Part shown: piece by piece, positions 21,608 to 36,600 of the stretch | How the letters are laid out: each line of letters begins with the position of its first letter | Numbering within the stretch: position 1 is the stretch's first letter | Assembly (NCBI GenBank): GCA_051362555.1 | Contig: CM120640.1 | Coordinates: forward strand, 60,614,788-60,678,787 | Length of the DNA stretch: 64,000 nucleotides | Source: Lingula anatina | Taxonomy: Eukaryota; Animalia; Brachiopoda | Reading direction: 5' to 3' | The notes under the pieces: model-generated | Told to the model about the DNA's origin: nothing | Seen by the model: the letters and a program-made list of their open reading frames with translations, nothing else | Databases searched by the model: none | Translations under genes and position numbers: made by a program

Positions 21608-24600
21608 ATGTACAATATGAAGGAAACATCTGTGTCTCCTCGATTGCAGTCCAATCTGTCCCTGTCATCTGGTAAGTGTGTGTGTGTGTGTGTGTGTGAG
21701 TGTGTGTGTGTTGTGGTGCATGAGTTTTTGTCTGTGTGCATGTATCCTTTGGAGGATGTTCTGCCTTAAACAGGAAGTAAAAATGTGACACATATAGCGT
21801 TTAAGATTAATACTTTCAGTGGGTCTCAATATGCAAACCTGTCGCAAAAATTGTCAACAGTTGAATTGTTTGAGAACATAAATTAAAAAAGTGACTTTGT
21901 TGATGATTTTCATAATTTAAGTTTTGCTTTGATTTCAGGTCTAAGATTAGGTGAGAGCGGTAGGACAGTGCCAGTCATTTCTCTAAAAAGCAGCTTGCTG
22001 TCAGGATCTCTACTAGCACCACATCCATCAATGAGTTCTGCACTTCATACCCGGCAAACATCTCTTAATGCAATCAAAGAGAGCAATGAGACAAAACTCA
22101 ATCTGGCTAAATTCACCACAGAAGTTAATGGCAGGAAGAAGAGAGTTAAAAGTGACAGGGCAGATGATAAGAAGAAAAGAGAGAAGAAGGAAAAAATGCT
22201 AGTTTCAAAAGAGAAATCCAACACAGCTGTCAGGCCTAAATTACAACTTACCCCCAAAAGCTTGGTTGGTAGTGGCACTCCGTCAGTGATGTCCTCAGTC
22301 ATTGTGACAAACCCGAAGTTAGTAAATTATGGTGTAAGTCAAGGGGTTTCACATGCATCTTTGAAGACAAACTTAGGACTGGATACCACTAGTTCAAGCT
22401 TGACCTTGGGAATGTCCTCTTACAAGCTGACCAAACCTCAAAATGTAAAGCCCACTTCAGCTTTAACAACTGGATTGAGTGTGTTAGCAACCCAAGCCAA
22501 AAAGGGTATATCTAACACCCGTGTGAGTTTACTTGGTTCTCAGGGACTTGCATCATCGTCATTGTGTCAGGCTAAATTAGGAAGTTTGAAAAGTTCGGCA
22601 AGTATTCCACCTCCTGGGACAGGACTCTCTGGCTTATCATCAAATGGAAAGAAACCTGAAAAACCACCAGTGAAATCTAAGAAAAAGTTAACTTCAAAAC
22701 AAGCAGAAAATGTGAATCACCTGCCAAAGGATGTTGCTCCAGCACCTCTTTATGATTTTTACATGCCTGAATGGAGAGAAGAAAAGCTGGATAAACCAAA
22801 GTTCACACCACCTGAGATGGATGGCAGCATTGCCAGAATCACCCAAACGCTTGATGATGTTACAACTCTGAAGGTAAATACAAATGAAATTTTCTTTGGA
22901 AGATTGCTGTAAATTATTTTAGTTTTTCAGTCCTTTCAACAGCAAGAAAAAATTGATTAAAATAATAATTCTTCACACAACTTAACTTGAATGAATACTA
23001 AAATAACTTAATTTTCATGAACTAAGAGGCACTGAGTGATATTAACCTTCAGTAAACATACAACCTAAAATGTTTCCATGATTTCAGAGAAACTTTGTTA
23101 ATGCAGTATCAGCCTCACTATTGAGTGCGCCTGATTTCAAGAACCCCAAGGACAGCACTAGACTGCAGCTGATGAGCATGGCTCAACAATTAGCTGCATA
23201 TGATCCAGAGTTCATTCTCAAGGTAAAATATTTTACAATATGTGTTGTGAATCTTTAGTTCGCCTTTTGTAGAAACAACTGTATTAAAAGTGGAAGATGA
23301 AACTTCCAATGTATGTCAGTTATTATTATTTTTTTAAACTTTCCAGTGTGCTTACCTCAAAAGGATATTCCTATCGTTATTTCATTGTGTAGGTTGCTCT
23401 GTATACAAGGCAAGAGCTCAACATCAGAACAACAGCTAATTTCCTCCTAGCCTTCTCATCATTTGGAAGTGAAAATGGATGCAGACCGTATTTGAGAAAG
23501 TACTATGGTTGTTCCATTCAGCTGCCCTCTGACTGGATTGATGTTGCTGAGCAGTACCAGGTATGATTGATGTGATAAAGGTTGGTTTTCTAGGTTATCA
23601 TGATAGTTTATGGTTCTTTTGTTTGCTGCACTTTTTTTTCTATTTTCTTTGTCAAGTATCTGTTTGTGATTGGTAAGATGAACATACAGAATCTTATTTG
23701 TATGCTGAAAGTACTATTTTAAAATATCCTCAAAGAAGTGCATTTCCTTTTTAAATACAATATAAAGGATTGCTGAACGTACACATATTGTTAAGTAGTC
23801 TGTTGCTTTTGTGATGTCTTACAATGTACCTAATTTAATATTTTTTGTGTAAATCTTTTTCAGACTTTCCATGATAAATCTTTGAAGGAAGGTTCATTAC
23901 CAGTAGCTTTGAGAAAAGCCATGGCTGCTAAATTCCAGGACTTTGATAAATATCAGTTAGGTTGGTATTTCAAAGATCAGTTTTATCACCTCTTTTGTGG
24001 ACTAAATTTTCTAACTGTCTGTTAATTTTTTATTCAATTTTAGTAAATGTTTTCATAACATATTGAAATCTACATTTAATTATTTTAGCCAAATACAACA
24101 AAGAAAAATCGAAAAAGAAAAAGGCAAAGAAAGAAAAAGACACAAGTAGAAAGTCTGCTGATCGAGCACAGCCAGTTTTTAAACCTTCAAAGAAGGCTGA
24201 GAGTGACAGTGATTCTGATTCTTCTGATGATGAAGATTTCTTGAACTTCTTAGTAAGTTTATTGAAGAAATTAATATTATTAAGTTTCATGAACAAAAAG
24301 AAAGTTAAACATTAGACTGTAATGGAATTTGTGCTAAGTAAGTTATTAGCTATAGTTTGTGAGCATTCTTCAGTGTATCAGCTCTGTAAAATGTAGTAGT
24401 TTTACACTAGGTGCCATTTTAAGTTTATTGTATCTCACATTTTAGAAGGACAGTGACAGCGAAACTGAAGAGGAAAGAGAACAGAAAACGTTTACACTGA
24501 AACAGTTGATTAGGAAGATCCATATCACAGAACCAGTTGAACATGTCATGTGCCTCATTGGGAAAAGGTACTTCTTTGTTTTGATAAACTTGGCAGAAAA

Positions 24601-27600
24601 CATAATTTGGTGGGCACCTGTTTGAAGTTAATGATAGTACTCACAAGTAATTCACATTTATTCTCCCCAATTTTAAAACAATAAAAAAGATGGAGAAAAT
24701 GAAACAATCAGATGAAGGTTCTAAATGTAGATGCTTTTATTAACCATAAATGTACCAAATAGAATCATGTTCCATTTTCTGTATGCAGGTACCCAGAAAC
24801 TCTTGAGGAATTTTACAAGAGCCGCCTGCCAGGCACATGGGATGAGGAACGAGCAGGAAAAAGGATGAAGTTGCCTACTCCAGAAACTTGGGAGACCCAA
24901 GTTTCCATGAAGGGCAACAAGGCAGAAGTGTGGCAAGATCTTTTAGGTAGATATTTAAATGTAAATAATCCAATAGATAATTATGTCAGTAAGTTGAGGT
25001 AGCCATATGGTATTCATATATATGCTGTGAATTGGAATCTTTTGTGAGCAGGTAAGGCACTCTACAACCTTAGTCTTTATTTGTTTCACATAAAAGACGA
25101 GATGCTGTATCTTATCACTGCTTCTAATAAAAGCATTGACTTGCATATTTCTTTATGTAATGTTTTTTTGTGTGTTTTACTATTTGAATGTGCTGTTGAT
25201 TTATAACCAAGATATCAAATACAATTTTATTGATTTTAGTCAGAGGCATCTTGAAAATAGTCACAGTTGGAAAAAATGATTGAACCAATGTGACCGATTT
25301 CTTGGTTGGTCATTTTTTGATCACAATTTTGGTATTTGAAACATTTTGAGTGGCTAATCCTGTAATCTTTGTATTATTGTGGATTTTATTGATTAAAAAA
25401 ATATTTTTAATGTTTTAAGAACACAAGAAACTTCCATTTATGGCCATGCTGAGGAATCTTAGAAACATGATCAAAGCTGGCATCTCTGAGAAGTATACTA
25501 CTAAAGTGATCAAGAGGCTGACAGATGTGGTATGTTAACTCAATCAAGTCAACTGTCAAAACAATATAAAAATAACTTGTCTTTGCTGTTGAAACCATAA
25601 TTATCAAGGCAAGAAGTTTAGTTTACATTGACCATCATTCAAAGCTGTAATTCACATTGATTTTCTTTTGTCCTGTATTATAAAGCCTATATGTGTAAAT
25701 ATTCTTTCTTTTACAAATCTTTTATAATTACTATTTTTGCTTCTTAGATGTATACTAAATAATTTTTGCAGAGATCAGTGGTGAATAGCAGACAGTTCCC
25801 ATTCAGGTTTTTCTCTGCATATGAAGTACTCAACAGTTTAGAAAAAGAATATGAACAAAACCGTGAGTCAACTTTTATCTTTAGTCGTAAGATTAGACCC
25901 TGCATGATTGGAATTTTTCAAGACTGCAGATTGTTGAAGTATTTTCTTTCTATTAAATCCCATTTTTCAGATTTTGGTCTATGCTCTCTTGCTCTGTAGG
26001 AAAAAAGCACAACATTTTATATTTGAAATGTTACAGAGATATAGAAACCTGCTAAAAGGACCATATTTGATACAAAATAAGCAATGCCAGGTTGAATTGT
26101 TCACATATTGGAGTCTGTATTGCATATCTATCTAGAGAAGCAACTTGTAGAAGAGGCAGTAGCTGGTAGCAGCTCATGGAGCAGAGGGAGAGGGCGTGGC
26201 AGAGGGCGTGGCCATGGGGGCAGAGGTGGGGGCAGAGGTGGAAGATGGGACAAGAAAAAGAATGCAAAAACAAAGTGAGCATTTGTTTGTTTGTTTGTTT
26301 TTTATTTGGTGTGTTTGTGTAATTTACTTTTGTTATTTGGATCATTGCCTATGGTTTGCAGTACTGCAAGGAATTAAAAAACTTTTTATCATGCTTTTAT
26401 GACATGCTTTTTTGTCCCAAACATGCGAATGATTGAATGGTAAAGACAGCATAGTAACGCTTCATTGAACTTGAAAATATCTTTTCTTTTGAAATATCTT
26501 TCCATAGAGAGGTTCCATTTGATCCACCGCTTCTGAATAGATACCGTAAAGCCCTGGACACTGCTATCAAGATAGCTACAACTTACAATGTCCAACCTAT
26601 CAAGGGGACCACAGTCATCTTCTGCAACCTTGGCAAGACTATGAACAGACCCTGCACAGCTGCAAAAGGGCTGGGGAAGCCAAGACAGGTAAGTGTGTTG
26701 GCTAAGTGGCTCCCTTGATAAATTATTATTATGTTGGTAAAAAAAAATATGTTAAAAAATTATGATGTAGGGCATGAGGATTATTGATAAAAGACAATAG
26801 AGTTTTTTAAGAACTAAGTTCCTTTAAGGACAGTATTTGACACCTGGTCTGTGGAATAACACGAGACTTAAATTTATCAACTTAAGTATAAATACAATGC
26901 ATTTTTTCCAACTCCAGGTGTCAGAAATTGCTGTACTCTTAGGACTCATGTGCAAGTATTCTTGTGAAGCAAGCAAGATGGTTATTTATGGGAATAGCAG
27001 TTATCTTGAAGTAGACTTGGAAAAAGGAACCATACTGGACAACATGCAGAGTGTACTGGGATCAGCATTTGTGAGTAAACATAACATATCAAAACTTATC
27101 ACACATAGGGATGTGCAGTATTTTGTTAAGATAATTGACAAGTGAAAATTCATTAATTAATTTTAATTCAGTTCCTTATTTATGAAGCTCATTAACATTT
27201 TTAATCATGGTCTAAATTGCAAGGAGTCCATACAAATATTTTATCACATGTGTATACATGTACTCACAGTTTAAAAAAGTTAGGGGAAAAATGTTTGATA
27301 ATATGAGGTAAAATGTTTTAATTGAGTTCCATGTGTTACTTTGTACTTTGGCAAATTTCTATTTCTTTCTGCATTAGATGGTGAACAATCAACCGGATAC
27401 AGATGCAGTAGTTCCAGATGGGATCCTTAGGGACCTTTTGAGAGACAGAACAAAGGTATACATCTGACCCTTAAATCTTGAGTCCGTCAGTAATGCCATT
27501 GTATATTGATGGTGTTTATGAAAGTTTATTTTGTAAATATTGGTGAATTTTTTAAATGATCCTCATTACATGTTATGTAATATTTAGATACTAGACTTGT

Positions 27601-30600
27601 GTTTTATATTTTGCCCAATACTTTGGCTAAATGAAACCTTCATAGGTATTAATTTTACAAATATATCACCGAGTTAGCGAAAAAGTTCGGATTTAAGCTA
27701 AAACCAAATTTCTTCCAGTACAAGCCCTTCTTCATCACTGTTTTTTCACTGTGGAACACAAACAATATTAAAAACCGTTGCCATTTCAATAATTTTTTCC
27801 CTTCAGGTTGACAATCTTATTATTCTGTCTGATGGGATGAGCCTAGAAAGCGTAGAGGGCCAAGATGTGTCAGACTTCTTAAAGAAATACAGAAGACTGG
27901 TCAATCCAAACATGTTGTTTGTTAATGTTGACCTTGGTGGAAAATCCTCTGGGTAAGTATGACCTTATTGGATCTTGCTTTGAAATGTTCCATTATTAGG
28001 TGATCCTGTATGTAAGTATAATGACCAGTCAATGAATAAAGTGACAGAAATATAGCAAAGATTCTTGTATAAATATGTATGATTTTATTGAAGGGACATT
28101 CAGTACTTTAATTACTTTTGACATCAGCCAGCATCTGTTGTTAATGATATCTTGTACCTTTTTAGATTCAGCAAAAGTGTTCAGCCAGAACATGATAATG
28201 ATATTTTCATTGCTGGATACAGTGACCAGATTCTGAGGTAAAAAGTTATTTCTTTTTTAAATGATATCTTTCAGCTTTTTAGGCTGTTCTTGCCTTTCTG
28301 TATGTTATGCATTGTTGTCTTATGCAGTATAGCTGATTGGTATATATCAAATACTAAAATTGTCAAAGAGATTTTACCAAGAATGCTTCCTTTAATTTTG
28401 CTTTGAATACCATGGCTCAGAAGGATTGTTGTTTTTGAGAAAAGTATGTGAGATATTTTGCTGTTGTTCCAGATTTATAGCTGAGAGAGGTGAGAGTGGT
28501 CAGTTGACCCATATAGACAAGATAGATGAGAAGTACAATCTGACTGCAAAGGTGCCTGGGTTGGAGAAGAAACCATGTGCAGTTAAGCCAGCAGTAGAAC
28601 ACCCATTGCCTATTGCTGCTCTGAAACCAAGGTGTGCCTTACAACTATTTTTGTTTCATCATTGTTTTAAGAAATATTTTTAAGAGTGAAATAATATAAA
28701 TACTTGGCAGTTAACATATTTAGTATAGGGCCATTCGAGACAAACAGTTCACAAGTTGGGGAGAAATACCAGTATGATATATTTTAACCAAAAGGGTGAA
28801 TGTGTTCTATATGCAGTTTGACCTCAAGGATTCACATATTTCATAAAAAGACACCATCCTGGCAGTGATATAAACTTGATATATTGATGTATTGATATCA
28901 TTCTTTGTGAGATAAATCACTCGTTAGTACAGATGTACAAATGTATATCTATGACATGTTTTCAGATGGAGGACAGCCAGAGTGTTCATATCTTCCACCT
29001 TCCGTGATATGCATGGGGAGCGTGATTTACTCACACGCTTTGTCTTTCCTGAATTGCGGGCACGTGGAAAGCAGCACTTCCTTAATGTGTATGAAGTGGA
29101 CCTGAGGTGGGGAGTCACGGAGGAGGACACAATAAGCAATAAGTATGTTGGGTTATAATTTTGTTCAAGGTTTTCTAACGTATGGTGTCATTGTTGTTTA
29201 TAAGAATATGCCATTGTCTACTGTAGTACCTAGACAGAGGGCTTTGATTTTCTATCAAAAGTTTTGCATTTATAATGCATAAAAAATTATGATCAGGGAT
29301 GAAATTTTTCCGACAGTTGACAGATTCCAACTTTTGGGGAGCCAAAAACATGATTAGCCTAGGCAGACCCCTGTGCAATTTTCTGACTATTTCACTAAAT
29401 GGCATTTTCAACCCTATAAGATGTTTAAGTCCAAGTAACTTTGTACATTTTGTGTCTGTTGTAGGACTCTTGAACTTTGTTTGACTGAGATCACCAAGTG
29501 TCAGTTCTTCATTGGCATCCTTGGTGAGAGATATGGATGGGTTCCTGACAAGTATGTTGTACCAGACAGTCCAGAGTTTGACTGGGTTAGAGAATATCCA
29601 CCAGGTTGTTCTATCACAGAGCTAGAGATGCACTCCGCATGCATGTCAAACCCAGAGGAAAAGAAAGACCAGGCTTTTTTCTTCTTAAGGGATAAATCAT
29701 GGCAAAAGTATATATGTTTGTTGTCTTTGTCTTTCCCTAATCATTTTAAAACTTTTTTTTGACTAAAATTAATTGTTTGCTGATTCAGTTTTAAGCAATG
29801 AAATTAAAATTTTGATTAACACATACAGTGCATTCTCCAGTGCAGTGTGAAGTCCAAATTTAATATTTGCAATTTCAGGGACCTTCCTAAGAAATATTTG
29901 CAAGATTTTGCTGCAGAGTCACCGTCATCAGCTACCAAAATGGAGGCATTGAAAGAAAGAATCAGAAGCAGTGGACTGGAAGTTTTTGATGGGTAAGATA
30001 CAACAAGTGAATGTGTAGCAGCATTTAACAGTGAAGCAGCATTTGAGCAAACTCAACCTCATTTCATACTTTCATTTGGAATCTATAACACAGTGGAAAT
30101 CAAATTGAAAATACTTGCAACAAAATGAAAATTAGACTGAAAAAGCTTGGATTAAAGTTTTTTAAAGAATAAATAAGTTTTTGTATTGAATTCTGTGAAA
30201 TAAATCTTTATCAAGGAGATTTTCTGCTTCCTCCAAGCTAACTGTCTTTTCATCTATTCATGTCAGCTACCCTTGCAAGTGGGGTGGAGTTGTTGATGGG
30301 CAGCCAATGGTTAGTGGTTTGGAAGACTTCGGCTTCAGAACACTCAACTGCTTATGGAATGCTGTAAAGAAGTTCTTTCCAGATGAGGTAATGTAATAAT
30401 AATAATAGTAATCAAGTTATTACAACCTAGATATTTGTTTCTTGTTATTTCACAGAATATCATGGAAAGAAAATTTACTGCCAAATTTTTGTTTGACTGA
30501 CTTTTAAAACTTCTGCATTGAAGATGTTCTTCCATGCATTTCTGTGCTACTGTTGATTATTAAATGATACGGCTTAAACTGATGGGATTCCTTATCAGCC

Positions 30601-33600
30601 GTTTGACCTACAAGCCATATTTATCTACATGTAGGATGCTGTGCTAGATGAAATCTCTCATGAGACCTCTCAGCACGAGGCCTTCTTGGAGGCCCGTGTC
30701 AGCAGCTTCACTGGGCGTAAAGCCCAGATGAAAATGTGCCTGGAGAGACTGAGAACTATGAAGGAAGGCATCCTCATGCTTTCTGGAAAACCTGGATGTG
30801 GAAAAACATCTCTTGTTGTAAGTTATTTAAAATGTATTTTGAAATCTTGACTGTGTGAATAGTAGTTGCAGATTTTGTTACTGTGACTGTCTGTACATTT
30901 TGATTGCTTCTATTGTCAGTTTAAATTTGCATAAAGTGTGTTGTAGCTCACATCAGCTTGTTAGTTTATATGCCCTTACAGTTAATATATAGTGTCTGTG
31001 AACTTCTTTTGCACATTGTCCTGTGTGATAAACATAAACCCAGATATAGGGATATTTTCTATTGATTTTTTTCAGGCGAGTTTGATTTCACAGTATGATG
31101 CAGATATAGGTGCCAAGACCCACTTTATTCACTTTGTGGGTGCCACCCCAGAGTCCACCAACATCACATTTGCCCTCAAGAGACTGTGTACAGAGTTGAT
31201 CAGAAGATTTGGCCTAGAGATGGATGTGCCTCAAGATTACAAGTAAGGAGTTTTGCAACATATTTAGAGATATATCAATGTATTTTGGTTACTACAGAAA
31301 AATGTCCATTGAAAAAAATCAGTGAGGCTTTTTAACATTAATGTTGTACAGTTTTCTTTTATCAGAACCTCTTTAATCAGCATGCTGACGTTGGTTATTG
31401 AAATTTTGTATTGCAGGAACCTTTGTGGCGAGCTGAAAACTATTTTGACAGAGGCTAGCCAAGCCAGTGGAAGTCCTCTATTCTTGGTGTTTGATGGTCT
31501 GGAAATGCTGGAGGATTATCACCAGGCTCGCTCTCTCACCTGGATACCTGAAGAGATACCTGAGGTATGAGCATCATGAATGGGTGTAAATTTTTCAATA
31601 GGTCCCTTAGTGCGTTATGCATTGTTAAAATGTGTAGAGAGACATGATAAATATCCAGCTCTCAAAAACCTGCACTTTCCTGTGCTCTGTGTAGACATGG
31701 TTGCCCTTTTATAACTCCTAAATTCGACGTAGCTGTATTAGTCTAGGGATGTTCAGGTTTTTCACCTTGAGTTCTTTGGGAATGAAAACATTGCACTTAT
31801 AATTAATAATTAGCATAGATGAAGTTTCTAGAATTCGACATTCATGCTAGAAACTCTCCCCAGCACAGTTTATGAATAATTTCGTGTAGTGGTTGTAGAG
31901 ACTATTTTGCAGAAAAGTCTAATATTCAGATTTTGTAAAACTTCACCACTAAATGTTTCTATAAAAGACTCACACCAGCAGAGTTGCCCTGGTACATTTC
32001 TTTTCCAATGTGACTATGTTTATTTAACAGATTTACCATATAGGTTTATAATGTAAGTAGTGTCAAGTTAGGTAAGTGGACAGGTTAAGGTGACCTGCCT
32101 TGAATTCCTACCGGTAGTCTCAACAGATTTTTCAAACCACTATTTTCCTTTCTGACCAGATTGAAATGCCTTAAAATTTTCATAATAATGTATTTTTATG
32201 TTTAAGCACATTTAACATTTTATTTCAGAATGTTATATTCTTGATGAGCACAGTGGAGAATTCAGAATGCCACAGAGCCCTCAGCAGACGACAGCATAGC
32301 AGTGTGCAGTTGTCTGGCCTTGACCTTTGGGACAAGCCTGAAGTGGTTAGGAACCAATTGGCCAGACACAAGAAAACATTGGTGGAGACAGGATTTAATA
32401 ATCAGGTAAATATTGAGTAGTTCCAATAGCTGCTTTATTCATTATAAGAAATTGATGATTGCTGTATGCTTATCTAAATGAAAGCTGTTCATGTAGGACT
32501 TTGAACTATGCAGTATAATACACATGGCAAGTGCTGTTAAATTCTTATCATATGTATTTATATATTTTAGATGAAACTGCTGACAAGTAAGAGAGAAGCT
32601 AACAACCCACTTTTCTTAAACCTTGCTTGTGAAGAACTGAGGGTGTTTGGTGTGTATGAAAAGGTAAGTTTCTCCACTGGCACTCGTGCCCTGAAATGTT
32701 AGCAAAGTTATGACAAACTTATCAATAGTTTTAGACTAAGAGCTTGTGGTTCAGTTTATCTTTTATTGTGTCAAAATTAACAAGACCACTCTATAGGCAC
32801 CTAGACATTAAGAAAGGAAAAATACAATAATTATTTCAGATCACTGAGAAACTAAAGAGTCTCCCCCACACTGTTCCCCTGCTGCTACAGGAGGTGTTGG
32901 CTAGACTTGAGCAAGACCATGGTCAATTACTTGTGTCCACTGCACTGACCTTGCTGGTTTGTGCACGGAAAGGTGAGTGATAGGCAATAGTCTGATCTGA
33001 TCTTGACCCATTTTCACCAAGGTATGGCCAATGGGGCCTTTTTTTTTTCTGAGAACAAAGATTTTAGTCTATTTCCAGGCCAGATAATAGAATTATCATT
33101 GGGCTTTCACATACAATAAGTCATTATTTACTTTCTGTAAAAGAGGCCCATTATTACCATTTTGATGAACTACTGGTAGACAGGGTTGCAATTCTTGCCT
33201 AAAGCAATTTAGTCAACAGATTGAACAAATTTAAATCATTTTTTAGTCCCTTTAAATCATCAAATATTTTCTTTCCTCTCCAGGTCTCTTTGAGGAAGAG
33301 CTCCACATGCTTCTCAGTTACCACCAAAAACTACAGCATGTCAAGTACACTGTTCAAGATGTGTTAAATGTTCCATTGGAACCAGAACATCAGATTCCTC
33401 AGGCAGTGTTTGCACCACTGCTTAGATCACTGAAGACCTTCCTCAGACCAGTGACTACTACAAGGTTGGTGAATGGCAACTGAAACTCATTCTAGCATTA
33501 AATGTTTTATGTTGATACAAGTGCTACTTTAATTTTACCCAAACTTGTTTCTGATTTAGTTGAAAGTTGGTTATTTTGGGAAAATGAACATGATGGATGA

Positions 33601-36600
33601 CTTAAACTTTAAAAGATACACTTTGTGTAAGGTCAAACTGCAGGTCAAACTGTGGATTTTGCAATGTAAAATTGTTCTAACTAAATTTTAAAGTGCATTG
33701 ACACAAAAAAGGTAACAAACCAAGAAAACAATATCAAGTCAAAAAGGGTTAGGAATAATTATTGTAATTTTTTTCTAAAATTCCAACCATTCTTTGTATT
33801 TTTCAGTCTTTTAAGTCTGGCCCATGCAGAGATAGAGAGGTCTATCAGACAGAGGTACATGAGAGGAAGTTCTACAGAACTGGAGGTCATGCTTCACAGA
33901 CTCTTGGCAGGTATACTGGCATTAACAACAGTTGCACTCAATCCATAGTCTGTAACTTCGTATTGTGCTATTGATCTAGTGCTCCTGGGAATTTCAGTTT
34001 CAGTTGCTGTCCTGTCATTAAAATTTTATTGCAAGATTTAACCTTATTGAGTATTCCTGGAATCCCTTATATTTGTTTACATACTATTTAATGTTATAGC
34101 ATTTTTCCATACTTTCAGTTGTATGTAATTGATGAGTCGGATGTGTCAGTATTCATTATAAAGCAGCGGAACCTGCAGAAAAAACAAAGTCAAAAGCTTG
34201 TTTGTAAATAAAATGAATAACTTACAATTATGCTGTTATCAGTAGGTGCTAGGATTTAAACATTTGAATATTGTTTGCAGGCTATTTCTGGCTGAATGCT
34301 GACCCTGATAAGAATGGAAGTTGGCAGGGAAGCAACCAGAGAGCTTTCAGTGAGCTGACTTATCATTTAGTAAGTGCAAGTATTACATTACAAGCCATAG
34401 TGTTTGGAAGTTTGAATAATGTTCTTCATTTTCAACTGTTTATGCCTATAGAAGTGGTTCTCATTTCAATTGATACACGATGTTGTTGTTGAAGATTGAA
34501 CATGAAAAGAAATGTGTTAAATTGATATCCTCAAATAAAAGTGTTTTCTGCCTGTTGAATTTTTTAAGTTGAACTTAGATACAATCATGTAAAATTTTGT
34601 GTTTGCATAGTATAATAAAATACAAGAAACATGAAGGATTTATCGCCACCTAAAATGAAATTTAATACCATTCTTGCAGTCCTGCATAGGCGCCTTCAGT
34701 GAGTTGGAAGATATCTTATGTAGCCTGAAGTTCCTCAGAGCCAAGTGCATGTTAGGACAGGCCTCTGAGCTCTTGGAAGATTTTCTGGTGAAAGGTGAGT
34801 TGCCATTGAAGAGTGAAATATAGATAGAAACCTTTGTAAATAAATCTGTAGGAAAGCATTAGGATTTTCATTAATGAAACTGTACATAACGTCACAAGTT
34901 TTCAGGTAGTAAGTTTGAAAAGGGAAGAAAGATAAAGCTGGATGAATTGTTTTTAGCAATTACTTAAATGAATGTGCTTGCAGGCACAAGTAGCAAATCC
35001 CAGGAGAGATCTCGGCAGAAATTTCTGAGTCAACCAAGAATTGTCCAGTACCAGTCCTTTGTGTCCAGAAACTTGCATGTACTGTCAAGGTAATTCCTTT
35101 AAACTCAGTTTAGTAAATAGTATGTCTTCATGAATGCACCTATTAAATTGAGTGGGCAGATAGCTGAATGACTCACAAAACAACCTTACCAGGGTTAGAT
35201 GACAGAAACAAATGATCTTTATCTGAAATTTCAACAGGAGTGACTGTATAATGTACTTGGAAACTGACAACCTTTTCACTGTCAGTGTTTGTAGATTGTG
35301 AGTGATATTACTTACTTCACCTTGTTTGTTTCAGTGTTCCAGCCTTAACTTGGCAACAAGCTCTGAATGAACCAGAGAGTTCTGCCCCAGCCCAGGATAT
35401 TCAGAGTTTACTGGAAAGTGTAGACATGGATTTGGGCTTGATAAAATGGAAGAACAAGCCTGAGTGGAGTGACCCTTGTCTCTTGACTTTGTCTGACTTC
35501 ACCATGGTGAGTTATTTGAAGGCGAAAAAAGTCAAAGTAAGCTTGGAATACAACCAGTATTACTATGTTTTGTATGACATTTTTGAATTTTTGGTTCTCT
35601 TTGCATTAAGATATTATCATTATTATTTTATTAAAAGATGTGCCAGAAATAGAATGGCATGTTTTGAGATCTATCTGTAGTATTTGACAAAAAATTTGAT
35701 AATGATAAAAATAATAAAAAATTTGTGAAAGGTGATTTTGTCATTTTTTTCATTTCATAGTTCAAAATTCTTGCAAATCACAGCCATCTCCATCGCAATT
35801 TCTTTAGTGCAGAGAAATATAATATGTTTTTAAAATAATTTTTTTGTTATTTCATAATTAATTTGCTAAAACATTTCATTTGATTTTTGTTGCCAATTTC
35901 AGCCAGTTACTTGCCTGGCAATATCTCCAGATGGCCAGTTCTTTGTGTGCGGATCAGATGACTGTGTAGTCAGACTTTATGACTTAAACACTGGAAAGGT
36001 GAGGTCCATGTTCTGTAGATGCTAAGGTTTTTTGTGCATGGAAAATAAAGAGATAGGGAAAGGATACTTATCCTTATGGTTGAGCTCTAGTTTTGCCGTC
36101 GAATGATTGAGATACTGTGAGATACTGTGAGATACTGTGAGATCTGTCTGGTGTGATTTTGTATAAAAATAATCAAACATCTTGAAAGCTAGTTTGTTTT
36201 TGTATACCTCAAATTCTCTTCATCTATGTGGACCTAGAATGTGTTCTTTCAGTAAACAGTTTAACATGAATGATACCATTTTTAATGTACTTTTTTAATT
36301 TTGAAATTCAGGAGCAGCGCTCTTTCACTGGTCACTCACATACCATATCTGATGTCTGTTTTGTTGGGAAGGACAAGATCTGCAGTGCCTCACTGGACCA
36401 AACATTGAGCCTGTGGGATTTGAACGATGGGCACAGGTTAATAGTTTTTCAGGAATTATGAAAAAATGAAAACTGTAAATACAACTTTTGATTTGTTTTT
36501 GCAAAATAGGTAAATCATACTGTATATTATAGTCAAGCATTTCCAAAATCAATGAAGAATTTGACAACTCGGTGAATTGATAATAAAAAATTGCTTGAAT

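Noticed and set aside
29294-29416. Possible mini-element cagggatgaaa...tttcaaccct in a TEP1 intron
   Set aside because: TIR match is short and imperfect with no clear TSD; insufficient support.
36109-36143. gagatactgt x3 repeat in a TEP1 intron
   Set aside because: Ordinary short tandem slippage repeat.
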